A stretch of 64,000 nt of DNA. Origin: Callorhinchus milii (Eukaryota). The stretch is taken from positions 71,736,001 through 71,800,000 of the forward strand of contig NW_024704742.1 in assembly GCF_018977255.1 (NCBI RefSeq), given 5' to 3'. Position 1 is the stretch's first letter. Every line of letters begins with the position of its first letter. The translations under genes were made by a program, and so were the position numbers. Below the pieces are notes generated by a model. That model had not been told where the DNA came from and did no database searches. It saw only the letters and a list, made by a program, of their open reading frames with translations. Positions 14,682 through 26,752 of the stretch are shown here, piece by piece.

Positions 14682-14775
14682 AACCGCACATTGCTCCTAC
14701 ATGAACATATCACTCGCTGCCTAATCACCCTGGAGGCCAAATCATAAAATTCCGGGGATTAGTTGAACAAATTGC

Positions 14776-15032
14776 TGGAGCTCTCTTGTCTAAGGCCATT
14801 CCCTGCTCTCCCCATCGTGTCTGTGCTGGTGTTCGCTCCCCCACTGGAGCTCTCTACTCTCATCCCATTCCCTGCTCTCTCTTCATCGTGTCTGTGCTGG
14901 TGCTCGCTCCCCCACTGGAGCTCTCTACTCTCATCCCATTCCCTGCTCTCCCCATCGTGTCTGTGCTGGTGCTCGCTCCCCCACTGGAGCTCTCTACTCT
15001 CATCCCATTCCCTGCTCTCTCTTCATCGTGTC
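14776..15032 (+). repeat. Tandem 69-71-bp unit (about 3.5 copies); also dispersed elsewhere
   Basis: Unit cccattccctgctctccccatcgtgtctgtgctggtgctcgctcccccactggagctctctactctcat. Confidence 0.9.
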
Positions 15033-15502
15033 TTGTTTCATTGGGGAATTGGTGAACAGTAACCTTGTTTCAGTGGGTAGAAAGCTCAACTCTGGGTCAG
15101 AAGGTTGTGGGTTCAAGGCCCACATCAGGGACTTTGAGCTCACAGTCCAGGCTGATGCTCCAGTGCAGTGCTGGGGGAGCACCGCATTGTCAGAGGTGCC
15201 GTCCTTCGGATCAAACGTTAAGCCGAGCTCCCGTCTGTGCCTCTCAGGTGAACATTAAGGATTCTGCGATGCTAATGGGAAAAGAGAAGGCAGTTTCTCT
15301 CTGCCAGTGCCCTGGCCAGCAATAGCCGGATAAATCACTTGTGGCTGCATGCAGGACCTTGCTACGTGCAAAATGGCTGCCGTGTTTGCCTGTAAAGATT
15401 TGATGACAGTTCCTTAAAGTGCTGGAAGTCGTTCTGACGTCCAAGGCAAGCATTATTTATCAGGGAATATTTTGCTGATGTAGGCGTCTGGCCGGATGCC
15501 AG

Positions 15503-15519
15503 TCACCTCAGGCTGAACT
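15503..15519 (-). promoter_or_regulatory. Near-consensus DR5 RARE motif
   Basis: Minus strand AGTTCA gcctg AGGTGA. Confidence 0.4.
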
Positions 15520-17588
15520 CTGGGGAGCCCTGAGACGCAAGTGACTTTTATCTTTTAACTAAAACCTGTTTACAGGGAGGAAGAAAAGCCGGCGTATTGT
15601 TAGGCTGGAGGGAATTCTTGGCACCAAATCTATTCATTACACACAACGCCCACAAGGAGGGAGGCAGAGATTACAGTGTCACAGTCTGGGCTGTGAACTC
15701 AGTCCGTGGTCAATGGGCACATCATTAAGGAAAGCAGGAGAGAGCAGGGAATGGGATGACAGTAGAGAGTTCCAGTGGAGGAGTGAGCACCAGCACAGAC
15801 ACAATGGGGAGAGAGCAGGGAATGGGATTACTACAACAACAAACAAAATTACATTTGTAAAACACCTTTAATGTCGGGAGGACATCCCAAAGTGCTGGAC
15901 AGACAGAGTTTCGGACGCGAGCTGGGGATCCAGGAGGGTAGAGGGGAGGGTGGGAAGGCGGTTGATCGAAGAAGAGGGTCTTGAGATGGGTCTTGAAGGT
16001 GGCAAGAGAAGGGGCGAGGTGGAGGGACTGCGGGATGGAGTTCCAGAGGGTGGGGGTCAGAGTGGGGGAAGGCCTACCCGCCAATAGTGGGGCGAGCAAG
16101 GCGGGGGACATGAAGCAGGCTGAGTGGAGGGAGCGAGCAGGATGGTGGGGGTTAAGATGTCGCAGAGGTAGGTGAGCAAGACTGGAGGGCTCTGAAGGTG
16201 AGGACCAGGATCTTGAACTGTATCCTCTGTGCTTAAATCCAGATCATAATGCCAGGTTTGGGTTAGGGTTTGGGGCATCCCTTCATTTTATTCCTTGTGA
16301 TACTTAAAGAAAGATACATACAGTACTATATAATTCACAGGATTTACTGTAAAGTAAGTTGTTAAGCACTCCGAGACAATACCCCACGTGAAGGGCACTA
16401 CATTAATGCAAGTTGACAGTGCTTTCAATGACAAACTATGTGGTTTCAGCTGGTGAGACTCCAGCAGTTACCCCAATGCACACTCTGGGGTCCCCAAGCC
16501 TTGGCTCTTGCCAACCTGGGCCTAATACTCCCCGGAATTAGGTAAACAGGATGCGTCCCTCCAGGGAGAGAGTGTGTATTCCATTCCAACAATCTTTCTC
16601 TGGGATTTCCAAGTGTAGGTGGATTCTGTTTAGGTTTGGGTGTATTCCTGTACCTCAGTGGGAGAGGAGGGGAGGGGGAGAAGAACACTCGCCTCTCAAG
16701 TGAAAGACCTGGGTTCAATTCCCAGCAGGGCAAAACCTTGGGCAAGTTTCCTTACTTCACAACTGATAATAATCCCTCAAGAAGAAAAAACAATAATAAT
16801 TTAGTCACTCATCCACGACTGTTTATGGGATACTGCTGTGTGCAATTGGCTGCCGCGTTTCACCCACAAAATATATAGTCAATTCACTTTACAGTCTATT
16901 CTGTGAAGCGCTTTGAGACGTCTAGAAGACGTGAAAAGTGCTATATCAAATGCAAGGATTATTATATTTCATCTTATAAAAATAATAATAATCCTTGCAT
17001 TTGATATAGGGCCTCATTATGTTGTTTAGATGTCTCAGAGCGCTTCATAGAATATACTGTAAAGTGGAGTAATTGCATATTTTGTAGGCGATACATGGCA
17101 ACCAATTGCGCACAGTAGTGTCCCAAAGGTGTCCCTTCTTAAGCATGTCGATAGGTTTCCAGATGTGTCAGACACCCAGCTGACCAAACAAAAGAGCATG
17201 TTAAAGTCTAGTCTCTGTGCGTATCATTGGAAAACCGCGGCAGCCAATTTATAGGCAGCAATGTCCCACAAACAGTCACGGAGTGAGTGACCAATATTAG
17301 CTGGGGGATTGTTGGCCAGGAAAACAGGAGAGAGAAACTCCCTGCTCTTTTCCAACAGCACCGCAGGGTCTTTAACATCCATTTGAACAGGTACAGGCAG
17401 AGGAGATCGGTTTAATGTCTCGGCCCAAGGATCTCCCCTCCCGGCAACACAGCTGAAGCACTCCGAGATGCTATCCTGCATGAAGTGCTCTGTGGAAATA
17501 CAAGTTATTGTGAACTCTTAAGACTCTGATACAGGGTTTTAGCCCACAAACATTCTGACTCTGATCTCTCCTATTCCCATGTTCACAG

Positions 17589-17701
17589 CTTCTCGATCTG
17601 TTCATCAAGTGGGACTGGTCCACCTACTTTGCTGACTATGGGCAGCCAACCTGCAAGTACCTGCGTGTGAACCCAGCCACTGCCCTCATCCTGCTTGAGA
17701 A
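17589..17701 (+). CDS. EXOC6B: EXOC6B penultimate constitutive coding exon (113 nt)
   Basis: ttcacag|CTTCTCGAT...CTTGAGAA|gtaagt. Translates LLDLFIKWDWSTYFADYGQPTCKYLRVNPATALILLE(K), matching the Sec15/EXOC6B C-terminal region. Not in the ORF track. Confidence 0.95.
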
Positions 17702-18668
17702 GTAAGTCATCTCCTGTTAGCCCCGCAAGCCAAAACCCTAACAGGAAGGGTAGTCCGAGCTGGACATGCAGCGGGAAGCTTGTCAGACAGATATTGCACT
17801 ATTAGCTGGTTAAACTCCAGCAGTAACGCCCAACATCCCCTAAACCTTGGCTTTCACCAATCTGCGGCTAACACTCTCCCAGGTTACGTGAGCAGGGTGT
17901 GTCCCTGTAGGTCTGTGTGTTACTCCTCACTGGACTTCCCAACTCTTCCCTCCACAATCTGCAGATTATTCAGAACACTGCAGCTCGTGTCCTCTCCCGC
18001 ACCAGGCTCTGGGAACCTATCACCCCAGTTTTTGCCCGGCTTCACTGGCTCTCTATTTCTCAGAGAATCGAGTACAAAACCCTCGTTCTTACCTTCAAGG
18101 CCCTCCATGGTCTTGTCCCCCTAACTCCTACCTCATAACCCCATCTCAGCCTGTCCACCGGCCTGATTCAGGTCCCCCGCACTTCCCGTCCCACCATTGG
18201 TGGACGGGCATTCAGCATCTCTGCCCCCACACTCTGGAACTCTATCCCACAATCCCTCTGCCTCACCCCCTCGCTTGCCTCCTTCAAGGCATGCCTGAGA
18301 CTTTCCTCTTGGTCCGTGCCTTCGGCCACCCTCCCATCCCCACCCCCCTGCCCTCTCCTCTAACCCCAACTCTCAGCTCGGGTCTAAAACTCCTGATTGT
18401 CCAGTGCCCTGGACAATCCGACCTGACAGGCGCTATACAAGTGTAATTTGTTGTTGTTATGCTCACTGGTATTGTGTGGGTCTGTGTATCAGACTCCTGT
18501 AAAGTGAGGTCTGTATTTAACACTATTTCACACTGTGGTACATTCCAGGTGTGTATAGTACTGCATATAACATTCCAGTAGTGTATATACTGTATATATA
18601 ACACTGCAGTATATTAATCCTCCTCACACTAACCTATGTTCTCTCTTTTATTCCTGCCGCGTGTCAAG

Positions 18669-18680
18669 GATATCTAGAGC
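18669..18680 (+). CDS. EXOC6B: Candidate 12-nt alternative microexon of EXOC6B (inserts ISRA)
   Basis: CACTAAC branch point (18627-18633), pyrimidine tract, TGC at 18655-18657, caag|GATATCTAGAGC|gtaagt. Phase 2/2, reading K-I-S-R-A-M with no stop. Confidence 0.8.
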
Positions 18681-19002
18681 GTAAGTACAGCCCCTACCTT
18701 CCCGTAGGAAATTGATCATAAAGTCATAGGGGTGGGGAGAAAATGGTGTGTGATGTGCTAATTCTCACAAGGATAAAAGATCTCTACTCTAATCCCATTC
18801 TCTGCTCTCTCCCCATCGTGTCTGTGCTGGTGCTCGCTCCCCCACTGGAGCTCTCTACTCTAATCCCATTCCTCGCTCTCCCTACACCCTCTTCCTCTAT
18901 ACTCTTTCAAGTATCCGGTTCCTTTCAATATGGTAAAGGGTCGGAGCCTGAATAAATCCTTGAACCTTTATGGCCGTCCTGACCATTTCTCTCTTCCCTC
19001 AG

Positions 19003-19135
19003 GATGAAGGACACGAGCCGAAAGAACAATGTCTTTGCCCAGTTCCGCAGGAACGAGCGGGACAAGCAGAAACTGATCGACACTGTAGCGAAGCAACTGC
19101 GGAGTCTCATCAACAGCAACAGCACGGCCCAATGA
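19003..19135 (+). CDS. EXOC6B: EXOC6B last coding exon
   Basis: cttccctcag|G ATG AAG GAC...; (K)MKDTSRKNNVFAQFRRNERDKQKLIDTVAKQLRSLINSNSTAQ* with TGA at 19133-19135. Phase matches the upstream exon. Confidence 0.95.
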
Positions 19136-22100
19136 ACTGCTTGTTCCTTCTCCCCTCCTTTACACACACCGTCCCTCTCAACCTGCCCCCCTTCCCCCTT
19201 CACACACACCCACTGCCCTCTCCCCAACTTTCACACACACACGCTGCCCTCCCTCCCTCTCTCCCTCCCGCTCCTCACCCCCTGCTCCCCCACTCCCCCT
19301 TCTCATGCTCGTCTCCCTTCACACTCCACTCTCTCTCCTCACCTCCCCCCTCTCCTTCTCTCCCCCTCCCCTCCCTTCCTCTCCGCCTCCCCTCCTCCCC
19401 TCCTCTCCCCACACCCTCCTCTCCCCCTCCACTCTTCTCGCCCTCCCCTCCTCTCCCCACCTCCTCTCCCCCTCCCCTCCGTCTCCTCTTCCCCCTGTTA
19501 ATGGCCAATGTATTGGCCAGCCGTGCCATGTGCTGCCGGAGTGCCGGGTAGTCCTGCTCAGTGAGGAATGGAGACAAAGGGACACAGTGTGAAGTGCTGA
19601 CGGCCACACTTCCAATCACATTTGTTTACAAATGCCCCCCTCCCCCCCTCGGGTGCTATACCGGGGGCGTAACAAGGGGACTTGGGCTCCATTGCTGCTC
19701 TCTCTGTGAGTTCTGCCAATGGACTCTCTACATAAGGGACCGAGAGAAAAGTGAGGATGGATGGATGGGGGGTGGTGGAGGGAGGAAAAGGCACTACTTG
19801 TATCTGAACGTCCCCCTTTTTAAGTATTGGTTTCTCCTGGGAAGGGGCTGGGTAGAGGTTAGGGGTCAAATTGTGGAGCAGCCATCTTGAATTCCTGGCC
19901 TAAATGGACCACAGTGGCCTTTTCTGTGTCCGTGTATATTACTCCCAGCCCCCCCATGGGTGCACTGAAATGAAAGGGTTAGCTGTGTTTTTCTTGGCTG
20001 CTACAGACTCTCGCAATATTCAGGAACACAACTAACCCTGGCTATCCAACCCCTCCCTCTGCCCCAAACCATGGACATTTGTGGAATCCTGTAGCTTATT
20101 GCTCCCTCGCTTGCCTCCTTCAAGACCCATCTCAAGACCCTCTTCTTTGACCATGCTTTCGAACTCCCTGGTTCCCCATCCTGCCCTCCACCCTCCCCGA
20201 TCCCGACCCCCAGTTTGGGTCCGAAACACTGACTGTTCAGTGCCTTGGGACGTCCTCCTGACATGAAAGGCGCTTTACAAATGTAATTTTGTTGTTAGTT
20301 CGATTCCTGGGTGGGGCGAAACGTTAGGCAAGTTTCCTAACTCCATGTTCCTGTATTTACCTAGATTTGAGTAGGAACTCGGTTGTTAGTCGATTGACGG
20401 ATCGCTTTCTGGGGGTAATAATCCCTCAAAAGAAAATATCGGGTCACTCAATCTCTGACTATTTGTGGGACACCCCTGTGCTTAATTGGCTGCCACGTTT
20501 CGTCCACAAAATACAGTCAATCCACTTTACAGTGTATTCTGTGAAGCGCTTTGAGACATTTCAACCACGTGATAAGTCGCTATATCAAATGCAAGGATTA
20601 TGATTATTATTTTTTGACCTCCCTCTCTCCCCTCCACCCCAACACCATAGTGAGAGTGTGGGTCATCTCAGACCCATCCCAGTCTCGTTCCCCTCAGTCT
20701 TGTTCCCCTTTTAACTGTCTGACAGAACACTAAAGACTAAAGTCTCACGGCCACTGAACGCTGCCCAGTGTTTCCCTGAGGGGAGACCAGCACTGAGTCT
20801 CAGGGGGGTGGGGGCAAGTTACTCAAAGCTGCTATGTATCTCCCCGGTTGGGTGGGGGTGGGTGGGGAGAGTAGATTGACGGAACAGTTTCCAAAAGGGA
20901 GTCTCATCCTTTTTTTAAAAAAAAGTTGTATTCACAGACGAATTAGGTTTTACCCTCACATCACTGCAGGCACATCAGAGGAACATCCATCCTCCTGAGC
21001 TGGCAGGTTCTGCTGCCTCTTGGCTCATTCACCGCACAGGACCCTGAGACCGAGGTTTAAGTCACTCAAAGCTTGGACGTGTTCAACTGGTTCCAGTGCC
21101 GGAATCTCAACCTCTTATGCTATGGGGGAAAGCTAGACATTTCAGAGAAACCATCTCGAGACAGTCCAGAGACAGTCAGTGACACAGAGCACTGCCTGGG
21201 AGGAGAGACTGAACCCGACAGCGAGGCAACTGGAGGGACACCAGTAGAGACACCGTAACATGTGCATTAACCTACAATTACAATCAAAGCTGTTATCCTC
21301 TACAATAACTTGGTTTCCAGCGTCGCTTCCAAGACACAATTGAATTTGGAGCCCTGGACGTGCAAGCGGGATATAACCCTCAGGAGGAGTAGCGGTTCAG
21401 AAGGAACAACCAACCACCCGTCTTGTCCGATGTCCAGGTCAGCTGAGGTTTGGAGAGATGTAGACCCCCCCACCCTCCACACACACTGACCCCCCGATCC
21501 TGAAGAATTGGGTTTCTGACTCCCCCAGAGTGCGATCGGTGTAACTGGGCTACTTGGACCCAGACCATTGTGAGACATGTCGTATGGAGTGAGCCCCTTG
21601 GAGGAGGGAAGTGAGAAAGAAAAAGGGACGAGGAGATTCCTAGGGGAGGGGGGATTTCCGGGTCGGAAATCTCAAGATGATCCTCGAAATCCTGGCCAGG
21701 AACACCAGGAACTAGTATTTTGTAAAAAAGGGAAGAGCCAATGACACATGAATGGTATGTGTTCAGAGACCTGCCACTTCAACCTGTCACACCACTGGGA
21801 TTCACATTTAAAGCAACACAGAACTGAGGAAAACCCGCCAATCCTGACCACATTACGTTCGCTCCTTTCAGACATAGGGAAAATCAGCTTCAAATTTACA
21901 TGTTCGCTGTCAAGTGTAGTGACTGATTTAAAAGCGGATGTGCTGACCATTTAATAATAATCCTTGCATTTGGTATAGCATCTTATCAGATTGGAAAAGG
22001 ACATCTCACAGGATTCACTGTGAAACGCAGTGACTGTGTTTGTAGGCAAACCAGCAGCAGAATTGTGCACAGCAGTGTCCCCAAAAAGTCTTTTATTTGG

Positions 22101-22985
22101 GGGATTGTTGGCCAAGCCTCAGGAAGAGAGAAACTCCCTTCCCTAGTGCTATGGGATTTTTAATGGCCTCCTGAACAAGCAGACAGGACCTCAGTTTAAT
22201 GTCTCATCCGAAGACTGGCACCTCCGACAAGGCACCACATCCCCAGGACTGCATTGGAGTGTCAGCTTAGATGATGTGATTCCAAGTTCCAACCTGGGGC
22301 TTGAACCCACAACCTTCTGACTCAGAGGCAAGAGCGCTACCTACTGAGCCAGAGGCGCTATCCTTTGGATGAGCAGTGAAACTGAGCTCCCCTTCTGTGC
22401 CCTGTTCAGGTGGATTTTAAAAATCCCACAGCTTTGTTCAAAGAGAAGGCAGTTTCTTTCTCCCAGTGTCATGGCCAACAATACCCCAGATAAAATGGCT
22501 GTTTGTGGGGCATTGCTGTGCGCAAATTGGCTTCTGCGTTCATTTACAAAACACAACAACAAATTACATTTGTATAGCATCTTTCACGTCGGGAGGACGT
22601 CCCAAGACACTGGACAGTCAAGGATTTGCACCTGAGCTGGGGTTGGGAAAGGGAGGCATAGTTTCAACCTTCTTGAGACGGCCTTGAAGGAGGTAAGGGA
22701 GGGGGATGAGACAAAGACACCAGAAAACACTCACTTTGCAGTGAATCCTGTGAAGCCCTTAAAGGCTTCCTCCTGATGTGCCAGGCACTGCATCAAATAC
22801 AAGGGTTACAAGGGTTTATTCTAATGAGGCTGAATGTGGCCTGAAGTGGAATTTTGACGCTGGGTACGAAGACTTGCGTTTGGCTGGGTCACTGTTACTG
22901 TAAAATAAGCTGCCTGGAGCTTGGTTCATTGTATAACTATAACTGACTCTTACAAAATAAATATATTAACCCTTTTTGAACAGAT
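19136..22985 (+). other. EXOC6B: Probable EXOC6B 3' UTR, with candidate poly(A) signal AATAAA at 22956-22961
   Basis: Follows the stop codon. Unique-sequence blocks interrupted by SINE/L2 pieces; AATAAA followed by T-rich sequence. The 3' end is inferred only. Confidence 0.45.
19146..19495. repeat. C/T-rich low-complexity tract just after the EXOC6B stop codon
   Basis: Nearly pure polypyrimidine (CCT/CCCCT) runs. Confidence 0.9.
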
Positions 22986-23494
22986 CTTGTCTTCTTCCTT
23001 CCCGCAACCCCCACCAGGTACAGGGGCTTGTTAAAATCAGAATCCTACAGCACAGAAGGAGGCTATTCAACCCATCTTGCCTGTGCCTGTGCCAGTTCTT
23101 TGAAAGAGCTACCAACTAGTCCCACTCTCCCGCTTTTACCGCATAGCGTTGCAATTGTTTATCCTTTTTAAGTACCTATCCAATTCCCTTTCAAAAGCTA
23201 TTGTAAATCGTTCAATAATTATTTTTAAGAAATGGCTTTTTTAACACTAAGAAACAATGCTCTTTTTTGATTAGTTTGCATCCAATTAATTCAAAACTCT
23301 GGCACCTCCTATTTTCACCCCACCAAACTCTGCATCCCCATCACCCCAGTCCTTGCAAGCTCCACTGGCTCCCTATTGGAGAACGGAATGATTTCATAAT
23401 CCTCACACTCACCTCACACTCGCATACAAATCACTTTATGCCCTGTCACCTCCCTACCTCTTTAACCTGCTTACTCCCCATTCCACAGGTCTAC

Positions 23495-23940
23495 AGTTCT
23501 CAAGGGCACTGCAGATGACAGCTCAGCCCAGCCTGGATCTTCGGCAGGACTTGGGAATGGCAGACCAGTCACTGGAGGCAAGGAATCCTTCCACTCGGCT
23601 CCTGTTAACCCTGCAAGCCAAAGCCCTAAGGGGCAGGGTGATCCTAGGTGGACAAGCCAAACAGTGCTCTAAATGGCAAGCCATGTGGTTTTAGATGGTT
23701 AGACTCCAGCAGTTACCCCAACGCACACTCTGGGGTCCCCAATCCTTGTCTCTTGCCAACCTGTACCTGATACCCTCTGGAATTAGGTAAACAGGATGTG
23801 TCCCTCCAGGGAGAGTGCATTCCATTACAATAATCTATCTCTGGGATTTCCATGTGTAGGTGGGATACATGGAATTCTCAGCTTGGTTTGGATACTCTTA
23901 AACATGGTGATGGGTTTCCACATGTCAGACAGCCGGCTGG
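23495..23940 (+). repeat. Unclassified interspersed repeat, most complete copy
   Basis: Shared with about 5730-5990, 7668-8290, 10262-10515, 16425-16640, 17715-17905 and 53790-53900. Confidence 0.75.
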
Positions 23941-24913
23941 TGGGAGCTTGGTTTAACGTCTCATCTGAAGGATGAAACGTCCAACAATCCAGCTTCGGCC
24001 CAGCACTGCCCTGGAGCATCAATCTTGACTGAGTTTAAAGTCTCCGAAGTGATCCTATGACTTTCTGACCGAAAGGCCAGATCATAAGAGATCGGGCAGG
24101 GATGGTGCTTACAGTGGAGTCCTATAGTTTAATGGTTAGACGCTGGCGAAACCATAGGCAAGTTTCCTTACTCCACACGCCTCTATTTACCGAGCAGTAA
24201 GTAGAAACCCAGTTGTTAGTCGATTGGTTGATCGCTTTCCAGGGTCGGGGGGGAATAATCTTCAAAACAAATTGTTTTTACGTTATATTCTGTGAAGCGC
24301 TTTGAGACGTCTGAATGATGTGATAAGGTGCAACATCAAATGCAAGGATTAGTATTATTATTACATGACCAGTTGGTACAGTATTTGGGAGATCTCACAG
24401 TTTGTGTGACCAACACTGAGCACAAGTATACAGCAGCCAAGAAAAACAGAGTCAGAGTAAATTAGGCTTCAGTGAGCTGGGATTTAGGTGACAACCTCTG
24501 TAATGAGCCGTTAATCTACCTGGAATTCGCCAGTGATTAGCGAGGCTCCCAGACACGGTTGTTTAAGCAAAGGGTCACCGGCAGGTCAGAGCAGAGGTGA
24601 CGTTGGGTCACCTGCGCGTGGCTCAGACGCTAGCACTCTCGGTTCTGGGTCAGGAGGTCATGGGCTCAAGCCCCACAACGGGCACTTTGACCTGGCAGTC
24701 TCCGCGCTCTCTCCAGCGCAGTAATGGGGGCAGACCGCATTGTTAGAGACTTTTGGATGAGACAATGGCAACAACAACAAATTACATTTACACAGTGGTT
24801 TTTTGCATTGGGAGGACGTTCCAAGGTCCTGGACAGTCAGGGATTTACACCCGAGCTAGGGGTTGAGATCAGGAGGGATGGTGCGCCACGAAGGTAGTCA
24901 TAGAAGGGTGACC
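23609..24913 (+). repeat. Left arm of a 1.3-kb near-identical inverted duplication
   Basis: Reverse complement of 29413-30714; the ORF track also shows identical peptides at 24533-24724(+) and 29601-29792(-). Confidence 0.95.
24572..24660 (+). promoter_or_regulatory. DR5 + DR4-like + DR2 nuclear receptor motif cluster (duplicated, inverted, at about 29665-29753)
   Basis: GGGTCA ccggc AGGTCA (24572-24588), AGGTGA cgtt GGGTCA (24595-24610), GGGTCA gg AGGTCA (24647-24660). Confidence 0.6.
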
Positions 24914-25544
24914 AATTTATTATTTTTTTTTGAGGGATTATTATCAAGCGTGTGGAGTAATGAAACTTGCCCAAGGTTTCGCCCTGCCGGGAATTGAACC
25001 CAGGTCTCTTGCTTGTGAGATAAGCGCTCTAACCACTGACGACTCCACAGGACGCCACTTGACAGTGGTGGGAGCATGACCCAAGACGGTGGTAGATGAC
25101 CATAGGCGCGGTCTTCAGGCACAATCTGAAGATGCCGAAGGAAGGGGAGAGGTTGGGAGAATTTGTCACACACAGAGTGGTTAGGATATGTAATGGTGTT
25201 TGAGGCAGAATCTACATTAGTTTTCAAAAAGGAATTAGATAGACAGCTGAAAGCAGTTAGTGACAGGGGTTTGTGGGTGTGTGTGGGGTGTGTCGGGGTG
25301 GGGTGGGAAGGGCAGGGAAATGGGACTGAAATATTGCTCTTGAGGGAGTGACACAGACACAAATTATCTGAATGGTCCTCCTCTGGGCTATAAATTTCTC
25401 TCGGGATGCTGTCTCTCTCTCTCTCCTTAAGGGCGCTCTCTGTCTGCTCGTTCTCTCAACAACGACAACACAATTTGTTGTTTGTTGTTGCCTTCCGGTG
25501 GGACTTAAAGATAAAGATAGCTCTAACTCTGCCCAAAATAATAA

Positions 25545-25952
25545 TAATCCTTGCATTTGATATCACGCTTTATCACGTCATCAAGGCGTATCAAAGCGCT
25601 TCACAGGATATACTGTAAAGTGGAGTGACTGTGTATAATGTGGGCGAAACGTGGCAGCCAACTGCACAGACAGCCATGGAGTGAGTGACCAATTTTACTT
25701 GGGAGGATTGTTGACCAGGACACCGGGAGAGAGAAAATCCCTTCTCTTTTTGAATAGCGCCGCGGGATCTTTAACGTCCACCTGAGCGGGCAGACTGGAG
25801 CTCAGTCTAACATCTCTGATAATGCAACACACACCCAGCACTGTGTTGCAGTGTCAGCTTAGACGATGTGATTCCAAGTCACGACTTGGGGCTTGAACCC
25901 ACAACCATCTGACTCAGAGGTGAGAGTGTTACCACTGAGCCAGGCTGACACA
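25545..25952 (-). mobile_element. Deu-domain SINE
   Basis: Reverse-complement head tgtcagcctggctcagtgg, Deu core and shared tail. Confidence 0.8.
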
Positions 25953-26451
25953 CAGCGTGTTTCTCTACCTCTCTTTCTAGAGGTTGCTGTCTGTCTGTCT
26001 GTCTGTCTCTATCTCAGAGGGGGCTATCACTGCCCCATGCTCTCTCTCTCCCTGAGGGATACTCTCTCCCCCTCTCCTAGACAGGTCTAACTGCCTCTAA
26101 GTGGCGCTGTTTCGCTGTCTGTATCAATCCCACTCACTGTCAGCACAATGTGATCAAATATACAGACATTTACGCAGGCTGACAGACAGGTTTACAGACA
26201 CACACAGAATTGCGCACAGTTACAAAATTATTTATGAAAACAAATCTTGCACCTGATAATAATAATAATCCTTACATTTGATATAGCACCTTTCATGTCA
26301 ACCATCGAGTGGGCAATTTTATTTGGGGGATTGTTGGCTCGGACACCGGGAGAAAGAAACTCTCTTCTCTGTTCCGGACAGTGCCGCGGGATCTTTAATG
26401 TCCACCTGTACAGGCACAGTCTGATGTTAACACTGGGTTTAATCATCCTCA

Positions 26452-26752
26452 TGGAGTCCTGTAGCTCAGTGGTTAGAGCAGTAGAGCAGTCACCTCGGAA
26501 GAGAGAGACCTGGTTTCGGTTCCCGGCAGGGTGAAACCTTGGGCAAGTTTCCTTACTCCACACGCCTGATAATAATCCCTCAAGAAAAAAATAATAATTT
26601 GGTCACTCAATCCACCACTGTTTGTGGGACACTGCTGTGCGCAATTGGCTGCTGCATTTCGCCCACACATATACAATATATTCCATGAAGTGCTTTGAGA
26701 CGTCTAGAAGACGTGAAAAGCGCTATATCAAATGCAAGGATTATTATTATTA
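26452..26752 (+). mobile_element. tRNA-derived SINE, short variant
   Basis: A/B boxes, core, tail. Confidence 0.85.

Noticed and set aside
14776..15032. Regularly spaced repeats resembling a CRISPR array (also 53860-54155)
   Set aside because: Head-to-tail tandem units with no unique spacers; vertebrate context, no cas genes.
18970..19619. Pro/Ser-rich and Gly/Glu/Arg-rich ORFs
   Set aside because: Wrong frame of the EXOC6B last exon plus the C/T low-complexity tract.
26092..26110. Second CTCF-like motif
   Set aside because: Mismatch in the core AG position; too weak.
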